Shown here in pieces: positions 19,443 through 29,321 of a DNA stretch of 64,000 nucleotides. Below the pieces are notes generated by a model, which was not told the DNA's origin, did no database searches, and was given only the letters and a program-made list of their open reading frames with translations. The position numbers and the translations under genes are program-made. Positions within the stretch are counted from its first letter, which is position 1. Every line of letters begins with the position of its first letter. Source of the DNA: an uncultured candidate division Zixibacteria bacterium (lineage in GTDB: Bacteria; Zixibacteria; MSB-5A5; GN15; FEB-12); assembly GCA_963806185.1 (NCBI GenBank), contig CAWDXE010000008.1:1-64000 (forward strand), in the 5' to 3' direction.

Positions 19443-20599
19443 CCGCCGGACGATTGCAGCGCCTGCTGCCGTGCCCGAGCTTTCCTGATCTCATAGCGGG
19501 CCCGGTTGTGCTCGTCGTTGGTCCGCGAGAATCGGTGCCCCCCCGTACCATCTGCCACAAAATACAAATACGCGCTCGTATCCGGATAGAGCGCCGCTCT
19601 GATCGCCGCCAAGCCCGGCGAATTGATCGGCGTCGGTGGCAGTCCGTATCGCATGTAGGTATTGTAGGGCGTCTCAATCTGCAAGTCGCGCTTCAGTAAC
19701 GGCCGTCCCAGTCCACCCAAACCATAGATCACCGTCGGATCGGCGTCCAGCCGCATCTTCAATCTCAATCTATTGTGATACACTGAGCCGACTTTTGGTT
19801 TCTCGGCGTCGAGCTTCGTTTCAGCCTGAATAATCGAAGCCAGCACCATCGCTTGTGCGCGGGTCAGGCCGTTGGGCAACTGCGCCGGCCAGATCGAGTC
19901 AGTCTGGCGATGGTACATCTGCACCATTTCCTCAATGACCTGCTCGGTCGGCGTCCCCCACGGAATGATATACGTTTCCGGGTATAAATACCCTTCGAGA
20001 TGCGGCAAACTGTTTCTGGCGAGAAATGCGGAATCCCGGTTCAAACGCATGACCTCTGCGGAGTCGAGTTCCAGAAGCTTCTGCATTGCCGAAGCCACTT
20101 TCCAGATTGGCGCCCCCTCGTAGACGGTCAGCTTGATTTTCACGATGTCGCCCAGATCGAGCTTCATGAGTACGTCGCCGGCCGACACCCTTCCCGTAAA
20201 ATCATAACGTCCGGGGACAAGGCGCGTGTCAATATGCCGCCAGACGGCCGGATATCGAACCGCCGTTTTGTTCCGAATGATTCCCTGGGTGGACAACTGA
20301 TCGACTACCGCCGCAAACGTGTCGCCCGGCTTGATGATTACTTGGACCACCCGATCTCCCAGATCGACCGGCCCATAGTATTGATAGAAGAAGTAACCGG
20401 CGATCGCCGCCACTACGAGCACGACGGCCAGCCCTCCCCAGGCGACCCCTCTGAGAAACCGACGTGACAGTCTGAACGCCATCAGCAGACCCCACCCCAG
20501 CGCGAGCACCACACCGATGGCCAGTATTCCGATAGTAACCAGAGCATACCAGATATACTCCCAAACCGGGTGGCTGGTTTTACCCTTTCGGCTGTTCAT
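19439..20599 (-). CDS. mltG: Endolytic transglycosylase
   Basis: LEGYLYPETY, LASIIQAE, L.ADPTVIY, TPYNTY...GLPPTPINSPG, YLYFVA. Confidence 0.94.
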   Translation of the reverse strand: MNSRKGKTSHPVWEYIWYALVTIGILAIGVVLALGWGLLMAFRLSRRFLRGVAWGGLAVVLVVAAIAGYFFYQYYGPVDLGDRVVQVIIKPGDTFAAVVDQLSTQGIIRNKTAVRYPAVWRHIDTRLVPGRYDFTGRVSAGDVLMKLDLGDIVKIKLTVYEGAPIWKVASAMQKLLELDSAEVMRLNRDSAFLARNSLPHLEGYLYPETYIIPWGTPTEQVIEEMVQMYHRQTDSIWPAQLPNGLTRAQAMVLASIIQAETKLDAEKPKVGSVYHNRLRLKMRLDADPTVIYGLGGLGRPLLKRDLQIETPYNTYMRYGLPPTPINSPGLAAIRAALYPDTSAYLYFVADGTGGHRFSRTNDEHNRARYEIRKARARQQALQSSGG

Positions 20600-21013
20600 C
20601 GAGAAACCGTTGAAGAATTATCACGGCCGCAATGCGGTCCAGCCGCCGTTTGTCTTTGCCCGTCTTTTTGCCATGCGCGTGGATGACCGCCGCCGCCTCG
20701 CTCGACGTATGTGACTCATCGACCCGGTGAATCGGCCCCGTGTATGTTTTGGCGATTTCATGCCAGAAACGAATCGATTTCTTCACACATCGGGCTGATA
20801 TCCCCCGATGGGTATCTCGGATAGCCGATCACGAGCGCATCGGGGGTGTATTCCTCAATCGCCTTGCGGATGGCGGCGATTGCTTCCCGCTTCGATTTCA
20901 CCTCGATGGTGGCAATGGCCGAGGCGATGAGTCCTGTCGGGTCGGACTTAGCCAGTCCAATCCGACGGCGGCCGTAATCGATGGACAGAGAATGTGCGAT
21001 CGTAGCGGGTCAT
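20580..21013 (-). CDS. ruvX: Holliday junction resolvase-like YqgF/RuvX with two frameshifts (near 20990 and 20760)
   Basis: Manual translation across frames: ILSIDYGRRRIGLAKSDPTGLIA...VIGYP...RVDESHTS...LDRIAAVIILQRFLD; the usual ruvX-mltG synteny is present. Confidence 0.85.
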
Positions 21014-21088
21014 GGGGGTAAAGCAAAGGGATTGTGTCGCGGAAGTCAAAATCAAACAGCGCGGCGCAACGTGTCCTTACGCTCCATC

Positions 21089-21210
21089 TGTCATTCTGGA
21101 CCCGAGAGACACATGGCGCAACCTGAAATCGAGCGGTCCAGAATCTCGGTGTCCACCACCCTCCTCCGTTTGTCATTCCGGAGCCTGCTTCATAGCAGGC
21201 CACGGAATCC
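21089..21210. repeat. Two TGTCATTC-type REP-like palindromes
   Basis: TGTC-ATTCTGGACC...GGTCCAGAAT-CT (21089-21146) and TGTC-ATTCCG-GA-GCCTGCT-TCAT-AGCAGGC-CA-CGGAAT-CC (21171-21210). Confidence 0.6.
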
Positions 21211-21301
21211 ATGGGGTCCAGCCTCAACGACGCGTCTGCTCCCGAAACCGATTGGATAACGTCACCCGCCCGTATTATATGTGTAGGCACAGAGGGCGAC
21301 G

Positions 21302-22530
21302 ATGATGAAGCTAATGGTCTTGTCCGTAGTCGTACTTATATTCTTATTCACGGGTTGTGCATCATATTCCGTGACTCTCGGCGTGCCGAGTCCGTACCCC
21401 ACCCTCGCCGGAGCGGTTACAGCGGCGACAGTAATGGTACGATAGAATCTGCGGGTCCGACTTATGACACCCGGGTATTCGGATTAGTCACGAAACCCAT
21501 TACCATTGTGGGGATTTATGGCCGAGACAAGACCCGCATCCTAAGTAACGGAGACTACTTCCTGTATCTCACCGACACTACCGAGTTTCAGCCCGTTCCG
21601 GTGGTACTTGTGGGGCTGAACATCACCGGAAACATTTGGAATACCGGGGAATTGAAATGCACGCTCTGATGTTCCGCTCTCGTTGAAGAATTGCGGATTT
21701 GCCGGTTTTGGGTTCGCGCTGTACGTAGAAGCGGAGATGGTCGCCGAGGGCAACAATCGACTCTTGTGTGTTCGATTCTTGTGGGCGTGCTGTATATACA
21801 ACGGGATATTACTATTTCTGGACCGCCGAGGGGGGATGCTTTCTTACCAATTGCCTCTTTCGCTGGAATACAATAGCGGTTGAATCATGATATGTCAATC
21901 CTACGACGATCCAGGTTCACGCGCTGTACGTTTGGACGCAATCGGAATTGCCGTGAGAGCAGATCAGACTTGCACGAATATTCTTCTTGATTCAAACCTA
22001 TTCATGGCGATTCGGTCGCAATTCAGAATGTCAGTTCGATCTGGCCCGCGCGAAATCCACGCTCGACGACAACTGGATCTTCTTCGAGATCCCAGCTGAG
22101 ATTTTCGAAGGACCGCTTGGTCCGTACGGTTCACTCAATGATCAGTCGATAATCTAGAATTCAGCACGTATATCGGGGGACTGGATGATGACTTCGCACC
22201 GGCATCGCAATCGATCCTCGCTTTTGCGATCAGGATTTGCTGGGACTTAACGTCTCTTCGCTTTCACCGTTACTTACCCCTAATAACCCGTCTGGTACTC
22301 CTATCGGCTTCTACACCGGCATCGGCTGCTACTGCGGCGACGTCGATGCAACTGGACAGGGACCGGATATCGGCGATCTCACCCGCTTGATTGACTTTCT
22401 ATTCCTCACCAACACTGCAATCGAACCGCCCGAAGCCGGCGAAGTTGACAGCGAAGCGGGCGTCGACATCGGGGATCTGACCTATCTCATCACCTACCTC
22501 TTCCTGCTTGGCCCCGCACCCGGGTGCTGA
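21302..22530 (+). pseudogene. Multiply frameshifted secreted protein: signal peptide, beta-helix-like start, C-terminal dockerin-like domain
   Basis: MMKLMVLSVVVLIFLFTGCASYSVTLGVPSPYPTLAGAVTAA from 21302, then fragments in other frames; ends CYCGDVDATGQGPDIGDLTRLIDFLF...GEVDSEAGVDIGDLTYLITYLFLLGPAPGC. May be sequencing error rather than true decay. Confidence 0.65.
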
Positions 22531-22649
22531 TCCTGATGGTGTCAATCCAAGGGTCGAGTTCCCCCTTCACCAAAATTAACACCTTGCCCCGAATTACTGA
22601 AAACCCTATACTCCCCCGAACGTACAAACGTTACCAGCCCGACAGACCT

Positions 22650-22676
22650 TTGAACTTTCCGGTCAGTCCGGCCGTT
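22650..22676 (+). promoter_or_regulatory. Putative ECF sigma promoter
   Basis: TTGAAC-N17-CGTT, 40 bp upstream of the HtrA start. Confidence 0.45.
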
Positions 22677-22715
22677 ATTATGTCAATCATGTCACTTGTG
22701 ATAGAAGGAACACTG

Positions 22716-24095
22716 ATGAAACGGATATTCTTGGCCCTCCTGCTCCTGCCAATTATGGCTGTGGCAGCCGAGCGGTCTCCCGCCGCCTTCCAGAATGAGA
22801 TTTACGCGGCCCGCGATAGAGTCCTCCCGGCGCTGGTTCATATTCAGCCCATCATCAAGGATTTTCAGACCGGCGAACTGAAAAAGCAGGCCGTCATCGG
22901 CTCCGGCATTATCTTCCACCCCGACGGGTATGTTGTCACCAACTACCATGTCGCCGGCAAGGCCGAGCGGATCATCTGCACGCTGTTTGACCGCGAGGAA
23001 GTCCCCGCCACCTACGTCGGCGGCGACCCGCCCACTGATCTGGCAGTTATCAAGCTCGATCTGACCGGTTACAAAGGCAAACTCCATCTTGCCGAGTTTG
23101 GCAACTCCGACTCAGTTCAGGTCGGACAGTATGTTATGGCGATGGGTTCACCGCTGGCTCTGTCGCGCTCGGTCTCGGCGGGCATTATCTCGACCAAAGA
23201 CCGGTATTTTTCTACCGACGTCCGTCTCCCTTCCGGTGAACCGACCGGCCTATTCAATCTCTGGATTCAGACCGATGCCGCCATCAACCCCGGCAATTCC
23301 GGCGGCCCATTGGTTGACCTGAACGGCAATGTTGTCGGTATCAATTCTCGCGCTACGTTTATGGCTAATTCGCTCGGCTTCGCCATTCCCGTCAATGTTG
23401 TCAAGGCGGTGACGAGCGGCATTCTTAAGAACGGCAAAGTGACGCGCAGTTGGATCGGTGTCCACATCCAGGCCCTGCAAGAACTCGAAAACTACTTCGG
23501 CACCGAAAAGAATGTCGGCGTCCTGATTTCATCGGTCGACCCCGGCTCACCCGCTGAAGAGGCTGGTCTGCAGGCAGGCGATGTAATCCTGAAAGTCGAC
23601 GGCCGGCCGGTTTCGGCGCGGTATGTCGAAGAACTCCCGCCGTTTTATGCGCGTATAGCTGAGCACGCTCCGGGAACACAGATTGCTCTGGACGTGAAGC
23701 GCGACGGCAGCGAACAGGCGATGACACTCACCGCCCGGGCGCTCGGCGAATTGCAGGGTGAGGATTTTGAATCATCGCAGTGGGGCTTCACTGTCCGCGA
23801 GATCACTCGCCAGATGCAAATCGATAATCAGTTGACTGACACCGCCGGCGTCTACGTGGCCGGCGTCCGCAACGCCGGTCCGGCCGAAAGCGGCGGACTG
23901 CGCCGCCGCGATATTATCACCCAGGTCAACCGCAAACCGATTGTCAATCTGGCCGACTTCACGGCGCTCTACAACCAGCTCTCCGGCACCGACGAAAAGA
24001 AGGTCCTCCTGACCGTCAAGCGAGGCACTGCCACCCGCCTGGCTGTCATCAATGTTGATAAGAAAGGAATGGGGGCGTTCCATGAAGATAATTAA
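22716..24095 (+). CDS. HtrA/DegP-family serine protease with two PDZ domains
   Basis: Signal peptide, GSGII, TNYHV, TDLAV, QTDAAINPGNSGGPL. Confidence 0.95.
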   Translation: MKRIFLALLLLPIMAVAAERSPAAFQNEIYAARDRVLPALVHIQPIIKDFQTGELKKQAVIGSGIIFHPDGYVVTNYHVAGKAERIICTLFDREEVPATYVGGDPPTDLAVIKLDLTGYKGKLHLAEFGNSDSVQVGQYVMAMGSPLALSRSVSAGIISTKDRYFSTDVRLPSGEPTGLFNLWIQTDAAINPGNSGGPLVDLNGNVVGINSRATFMANSLGFAIPVNVVKAVTSGILKNGKVTRSWIGVHIQALQELENYFGTEKNVGVLISSVDPGSPAEEAGLQAGDVILKVDGRPVSARYVEELPPFYARIAEHAPGTQIALDVKRDGSEQAMTLTARALGELQGEDFESSQWGFTVREITRQMQIDNQLTDTAGVYVAGVRNAGPAESGGLRRRDIITQVNRKPIVNLADFTALYNQLSGTDEKKVLLTVKRGTATRLAVINVDKKGMGAFHEDN

Positions 24096-25530
24096 GACGT
24101 TGCTTTTCACAGTCATCACATCGCTGCTGTTCCTTGCCTCCGGGGCAAACCTGTCGGCTCAGACCTTTGACTTCACTCGCGTCGAGCAGGCCGCCCGCGG
24201 CTTCCTCGTCGTCGTCGACTTGAAGATTGATATCTCGCTCGGCACGCAGAACGACGAACAGGAACTTCGCTTGCTCGGCACGATCGTCACCGAAGACGGA
24301 CTGATGATCTTCGACGGCGCCTTCCTCGCTGAGGAGAATATTCTGTCCTCAGCTTCGGGGATGACCGTCAAGACCAGTCCCAAGAAGATCACCGCCACGA
24401 TGCTCGACGGGAAGAAATACGACGCCGAATACATCGGCACCGATCGGTTCACAAAAATCTCCTTTGCCCGGCTGAATGCTCCGGGAGTCAAGTTCAGCCC
24501 GGTTCGCTTTGTGTCGAACAACAAGTTTCGCGTCGGTGAATGGGTGTCGCTCTACATGCTGCTGCCCGAATTCGTGACGCCGCCGATTGCCGGTGATGTC
24601 GGCATGGTAGCCTCGATTCTCGAAACGCCGGAGAAGATGCCCCTCACTATCGGTTTCGGTCAGTCACAGATGACCTCTGTTCTCTTTAATGATCGCTACC
24701 AACCGGTCGGTGTGCTCGGGTCGCTGATGGACCCAAGCTCCGCCTCGTCTGATCCCTCGGGTATGCTCAGTAGTTTCGGCGAGAGCGATGTACCGCTGTT
24801 GGGAATTATCACGGGTGACCGCCTGATGAAAATGATCGCCTCACCGCCTCAGCGTGGACGAATCGACCGCGCCTGGCTTGGCATCACTCTGCAGGCGTTG
24901 ACGCCCGACCTGAGGGAGATTCTCAAACTGCCAATCGAGCACGGCATCATTGTGAATGACGTGGTCGAACAATCGCCGGCGTCAAAAAGCGGCCTGGCGG
25001 TTGGCGACGTGATTTACGCGATCGACGGCGCTACTGTCCCTGTGGACCGCGAGGAAAAACTCCCGCTTTTCCAGCGCAAGATCGCTGAGATGCCGCCGGG
25101 CACGACCGTGAAATTTTCGGTACTGCGGCCGCATGACGATCGCGATGCGGACAGTATGAAAGTCTCTGTTGTGCTCGAGAAGGCTCCCATCGGCGCCACC
25201 GATGCTCAGGAATACGAGAACAAGGATCTCGAACTCACCGTCCGGAACCTGGTTTTCGCCGACTACACCTACTTCCGTGTCAGTCGCGAGCAGCTGCAAG
25301 GGGTGGTGGTTTCAGAACTCAAACAGGGGGGCCTGGCGCAAATCGGCGGACTGGAGATTGGCGACGTGATCCAGCGGGTCGGCAGCGCCCCCGTCAGCAC
25401 CGTCGACGAATTAAAGACCGTGCTCGAACAGGCGATTACGGAACGCCAGCCGACCATCGTCTTTTTCGTCTTCCGCGACGGTCGGACGCAGTTTGTGAAT
25501 ATCAAGACTGACTTGAAGCCGACTGAATAG
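24082..25530 (+). CDS. HtrA-like protein with degenerate protease domain and two PDZ domains
   Basis: Signal peptide, trypsin-like layout lacking TNxHV and GNSGG, AWLGI..Q PDZ start, two 'GL..GDVI' PDZ motifs. Confidence 0.8.
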   Translation: MKIIKTLLFTVITSLLFLASGANLSAQTFDFTRVEQAARGFLVVVDLKIDISLGTQNDEQELRLLGTIVTEDGLMIFDGAFLAEENILSSASGMTVKTSPKKITATMLDGKKYDAEYIGTDRFTKISFARLNAPGVKFSPVRFVSNNKFRVGEWVSLYMLLPEFVTPPIAGDVGMVASILETPEKMPLTIGFGQSQMTSVLFNDRYQPVGVLGSLMDPSSASSDPSGMLSSFGESDVPLLGIITGDRLMKMIASPPQRGRIDRAWLGITLQALTPDLREILKLPIEHGIIVNDVVEQSPASKSGLAVGDVIYAIDGATVPVDREEKLPLFQRKIAEMPPGTTVKFSVLRPHDDRDADSMKVSVVLEKAPIGATDAQEYENKDLELTVRNLVFADYTYFRVSREQLQGVVVSELKQGGLAQIGGLEIGDVIQRVGSAPVSTVDELKTVLEQAITERQPTIVFFVFRDGRTQFVNIKTDLKPTE

Positions 25531-25552
25531 GTCTATCAAGCCTGAACTTTGT

Positions 25553-25585
25553 AACGGCGGGCAATTCACTGCCCGCCGTTTCTTT
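25553..25585 (+). terminator. Intrinsic terminator after the HtrA pair
   Basis: AACGGCGGGCA / TGCCCGCCGTT stem followed by TCTTT. Confidence 0.7.
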
Positions 25586-25591
25586 GCCCCC

Positions 25592-25620
25592 TTGCGTCAC
25601 TATCCGCGCCTCACTATATT
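25592..25620 (+). promoter_or_regulatory. Putative sigma70 promoter
   Basis: TTGCGT-N17-TATATT. Confidence 0.5.
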
Positions 25621-25809
25621 TGATGCGGTTAGCCGCAGATAGGCAACCGTCTGCGCAATGTGGCTGCAACGAGATACTGTCCAAGACTTTCTTCGCGCGC
25701 CGTCGACCCGACTTGCGGACTTGAGCCATCTGATTACCTGACTTGCGATTGGACCTCCAGGGTCTTGTCGGAAATGATTACGGTTTGCACACTTCTGCAA
25801 AGTCGTCGA

Positions 25810-25826
25810 CAGGCACAGGGTTTGCA
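25810..25826 (+). promoter_or_regulatory. Putative sigma54 (-24/-12) promoter
   Basis: CAGGCACAGGGTTTGCA = GG-N10-GC with CAC and TTGCA context, about 75 bp upstream of the cohesin gene. Confidence 0.6.
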
Positions 25827-25900
25827 CTTACCCAGTTCCGGAGATCGGATTTCTATCCGCTCCACAAAACGAGGAAAGTAGGAACTGGTTTTACGAAAGG

Positions 25901-26761
25901 ATGATTACCATGATGCGACAGCTGACGATGCTCACTCTGGGAGTGCTTCTGGCGCTGACGCCGCTGGCGATCGCTGACCCTCTGGTTTACACCGGTGTTA
26001 TCTCGGTCGATTCGATCCAGGTAGTGCCGGGCACGCATTTCAGTCTCAAGGTCAGGATATCCAACAATAATGCGTCCATCTCTGCCATCACCATTCCGCT
26101 CCGGTACACTAATCCGTACCTGACTCTGGACTCGGTGTCTTTTGCTGGCACTCTGAAGGGATCATCCTTCGACGGTATAGTCAACGACAATTCGACCGAC
26201 AAGACGGTGCAGATAACGTATCTGCCGACTACCTATTCCAGCCCCGTCTCATCCTTCTCCAGCGCGTCCGGTACGCTCGCCGAGCTGTGGTTCAACGTCT
26301 CCGCTAGCTCACCCGCCCAGGTGATTAAGGTCGATTCTGTGCTGCACGAGGAGATAATTTCTGGCATCTCCATCTGGACCCGTGTCGAGGCTTCCGACCC
26401 GTCCGGCACTCAGACTATCTGGCCGAGTTTTAATGCCGGCACTATCGTCGTTGGCGTCCCGACTGGAGTTGACGATACTCGCGGCAACGGCCTGCCGACC
26501 GAATTTGCCCTGACCCAGAATTATCCGAATCCGTTCAACCCGAGCACGGTGATCGACTTCGCTCTGCCAGCCGCCGGCAACGTAAAGCTGGAGGTATTTA
26601 ACCTTCTCGGTCAGCGCGTGATCACGCTCGTTGACGGTTACAAGAGCGCCGGCAACTATTCCGCGACCTTTGAGGCCAACAATCAGCCGTCAGGCGTCTA
26701 TTTCTACCGCCTTGACTACTCCGGCGGCTCTCTGACCAGGAAAATGATACTCCTCAAATAA
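25901..26761 (+). CDS. Secreted cohesin-like domain protein with T9SS type A C-terminal sorting domain
   Basis: Signal peptide; 'V.I.N...I..I.IPLRY....LTLDSVSF.G...G.LAELWF.V' cohesin-like pattern; QNYPNPFNP...SGVYFYRL...RKMILLK. Confidence 0.85.
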   Translation: MITMMRQLTMLTLGVLLALTPLAIADPLVYTGVISVDSIQVVPGTHFSLKVRISNNNASISAITIPLRYTNPYLTLDSVSFAGTLKGSSFDGIVNDNSTDKTVQITYLPTTYSSPVSSFSSASGTLAELWFNVSASSPAQVIKVDSVLHEEIISGISIWTRVEASDPSGTQTIWPSFNAGTIVVGVPTGVDDTRGNGLPTEFALTQNYPNPFNPSTVIDFALPAAGNVKLEVFNLLGQRVITLVDGYKSAGNYSATFEANNQPSGVYFYRLDYSGGSLTRKMILLK

Positions 26762-26788
26762 ACCTCTTCCCCGTTTTGCCGACAATAG

Positions 26789-26826
26789 CAGGGATAGCGC
26801 GTAAAGCGCTATCCCTGTTTGTTTTT
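26789..26826 (+). terminator. Intrinsic terminator
   Basis: CAGGGATAGCGC-GTAAA-GCGCTATCCCTG followed by TTTGTTTTT. Confidence 0.8.
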
Positions 26827-26846
26827 GCGTGGGCGGCAAGAAAACT

Positions 26847-28544
26847 ATGGCTCAAGTAGCCGAACCAAAAAAAGAGAAGAAACTGCAGATCGGCGAATAC
26901 ACGTTGACCGGCAAAATCGGTCAGGGCGGTATCGCCGAAATCTTCAAAGGTGTCCAGGAATCACTCGGCCGCGACGTAGCCGTCAAAATCCTCTCCTCCG
27001 AGCTCAGCCGCGACCCCGATATTGTCCGCCGCTTCGAGCGCGAGTCGATGGTTATCGCCCGGCTCAACCATCCGAACATCGTCCACGTTATTGACAAGGG
27101 GTACGCCGGCGGCCGGTACTATTTCGTAATGGAATTTGTCGATGGTACCTCGCTCCGGGAAGTAATCGATTCACCCAAGGTCCCCAAACGGACCAAGCTT
27201 GAAATGATCGCCCAGATCTGCAAAGCGCTCGATTACGCCCACAAGAACGGTGTCATCCATCGCGACATCAAACCGGCTAACATCCTGATCGACCGCCAGG
27301 GCAATCCCCGCGTTGCCGACTTCGGCATTGCGCAGATCATCGGCACGCCTGACAGTGAAATGACCTCGTCCGACGTCATCATGGGCACGGTCGCGTACAT
27401 GTCACCGGAACAGAAAGTCAGTTCGACCAACGTCGATCACACCACCGACATCTGGGCCATCGGCATCATCATCTACGAGATTCTGACCGGTAAGAAGCCG
27501 GAAGGCCGCTTCCGCATGCCCTCCGAAATCGATCCGTCAAACGGCCCGGCGATGGATGAGATCATTCAGAAATGTCTTGCCGTTGAGTCGAAGGACCGCT
27601 ACCAGTCGGCTGCCGAATTGAAGGACGAAATCCTCGAAGCCATCGGCGGACGCCAGATTGGCTCGGTCGAAGAGGTCACCGCCAACGGCGCCGAATCATT
27701 TATCGGAAAGTGCAAGTATCTCGACACGATCAAAGAGACACCGTTCGGCTCGACCATCCTTGTCGAAAACAAGGTCAACAAGAAGCTCTACGTCATCAAG
27801 AAGCATTCCCGGGGCGAGGCCGGTCGCAAGGAAGCCAAGTTACTCGCGACGATGAAGCACAAGAATATCATCAACATCCTCGGCTCCGGCGGCGAGATAA
27901 AGAACACGGTCATCATTTCTGAATATGCTCAGGGTGGATCACTGGCCGATCGTATGGTGCGCAAGTACGAATGGCCCAAGGCGATGGAGGTCATGCTCGA
28001 GGTTGCCTCCGGGCTCGATTTCGCCCACAAGAATAATATCGTGCATGGCAATGTCCGGCCGTCAAACATCCTCTTCACTGCCGCCGAGGAAATCAAGCTC
28101 TGCGACTTCGGTCTGCCGGTACATTATGATGACAAATCCAAGAAGAACTGGTACGCCGCGCCGGAACACAAACAATCCAAACAGGCCGATATCTACGCGC
28201 TCGGCGTGGTACTGCATCAACTGATGCTCGGGCGGACGCCGCAGTACGACCCGATGGATAATCTGAAGCTCGACGATGCCCGGATGCAGATTCCCGAGGC
28301 GATTCAAAACGTTCTGGCCAAAGCGCTGGCCGTTCGCGTGACGAACCGGTACACCTCGTGCGCCGAATTGCTCGCCGACTGGGAAGATTTCCGCCGTCAG
28401 CAGGATGAAGCCCGCAGGCGCCCGATCGTACCGGACGAGCAATCTGCGCCGGCAAAAAAACCGCTGCCGACCTGGGCGGTGGCAGCGGCTATAGCGGGCG
28501 CTATTCTAATAATCGTGGGCGTGGTGCTGGTAATCGTACTGTAG
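26847..28544 (+). CDS. Hanks-type Ser/Thr kinase with a second pseudokinase domain and C-terminal TM anchor
   Basis: Domain 1: GQGG, VAVK, HRDIKPAN, DFG, YMSPEQ. Domain 2: HGNVRPSN, DFG, YAAPE. Hydrophobic C-terminus. Confidence 0.92.
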   Translation: MAQVAEPKKEKKLQIGEYTLTGKIGQGGIAEIFKGVQESLGRDVAVKILSSELSRDPDIVRRFERESMVIARLNHPNIVHVIDKGYAGGRYYFVMEFVDGTSLREVIDSPKVPKRTKLEMIAQICKALDYAHKNGVIHRDIKPANILIDRQGNPRVADFGIAQIIGTPDSEMTSSDVIMGTVAYMSPEQKVSSTNVDHTTDIWAIGIIIYEILTGKKPEGRFRMPSEIDPSNGPAMDEIIQKCLAVESKDRYQSAAELKDEILEAIGGRQIGSVEEVTANGAESFIGKCKYLDTIKETPFGSTILVENKVNKKLYVIKKHSRGEAGRKEAKLLATMKHKNIINILGSGGEIKNTVIISEYAQGGSLADRMVRKYEWPKAMEVMLEVASGLDFAHKNNIVHGNVRPSNILFTAAEEIKLCDFGLPVHYDDKSKKNWYAAPEHKQSKQADIYALGVVLHQLMLGRTPQYDPMDNLKLDDARMQIPEAIQNVLAKALAVRVTNRYTSCAELLADWEDFRRQQDEARRRPIVPDEQSAPAKKPLPTWAVAAAIAGAILIIVGVVLVIVL

Positions 28545-29126
28545 TCAATGGCCGTTGCCGGCTGACGTCTCTTTAATCCTCTCCAACTGGTACAATTCAA
28601 TCGCCTTCCCGAGAATGTCGGCATAGGTCGTATTATGCCCTTTCAACCACGCCAATTCCTGTTGGGCCAGATCGAGCTTGCCAAGGGCCAGGTAGGTTTC
28701 CGCCCGGTACTCGCGCGCTTCCGCAAAATTGGAATCGAGCGCGATAGCCTTCTCATACGCCGCCAACGACTCCGGCAGCTTGCCCGTTTTGCGGTAGCAA
28801 TAGCCGAGATTGTTGTGTGCCTCTTTCATTTGCGGTTTGAGCTCGATGGCATCCTTGAAGTCGCCGATCGCTTTCTCGTACTCTTTGCGCGCCTTGGCGT
28901 CGGAGGTCGCCCGGTAATTGTACGCCGATGCCGAATCCCCTTTGGCGACGATTTCTTTCGCCTTCTCCATGTGCTTGACGCCGGAGTTGTAGTTTTCGAC
29001 TGCTTTCTTTGAATCGTCTTGTGCTTGTTCCTCGGGGCTTTTCTCTTTGGAGCCGATCGCGAAACTGAGCGACGCCGCCGCAAGTACGACGGTGAATATG
29101 ATACCTATGAACCGGGCTTTTGCCAT
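28545..29126 (-). CDS. Secreted tetratricopeptide repeat protein
   Basis: Signal peptide; 'AIELKP..KEAHNNLGY.Y...G...E...AY.KAI.LD' TPR units. Confidence 0.88.
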   Translation of the reverse strand: MAKARFIGIIFTVVLAAASLSFAIGSKEKSPEEQAQDDSKKAVENYNSGVKHMEKAKEIVAKGDSASAYNYRATSDAKARKEYEKAIGDFKDAIELKPQMKEAHNNLGYCYRKTGKLPESLAAYEKAIALDSNFAEAREYRAETYLALGKLDLAQQELAWLKGHNTTYADILGKAIELYQLERIKETSAGNGH

Positions 29127-29250
29127 GAAACTATCCTCCTTGGTTCGGATAGATATGGAAACAGCAACTAGGGGCAGTTGGTTCGCGAGGAACGAGCAGA
29201 AAGATTCCCCCGCATTGTCATTCAGAATCCTGACGGGGCAAGACTCTCTT

Positions 29251-29292
29251 GTAGGTCAGGCTTCTATTTCCATTTGATCAAGAAGCCTGACA
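29251..29292. repeat. GTAG-type REP-like inverted repeat
   Basis: GTAG then GTCAGGCTTCT-N15-AGAAGCCTGAC, an 11-bp perfect stem in an intergenic gap. Confidence 0.5.
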
Positions 29293-29321
29293 GCCCGACT
29301 ACAGATTCGCCGGCGCTTCGC

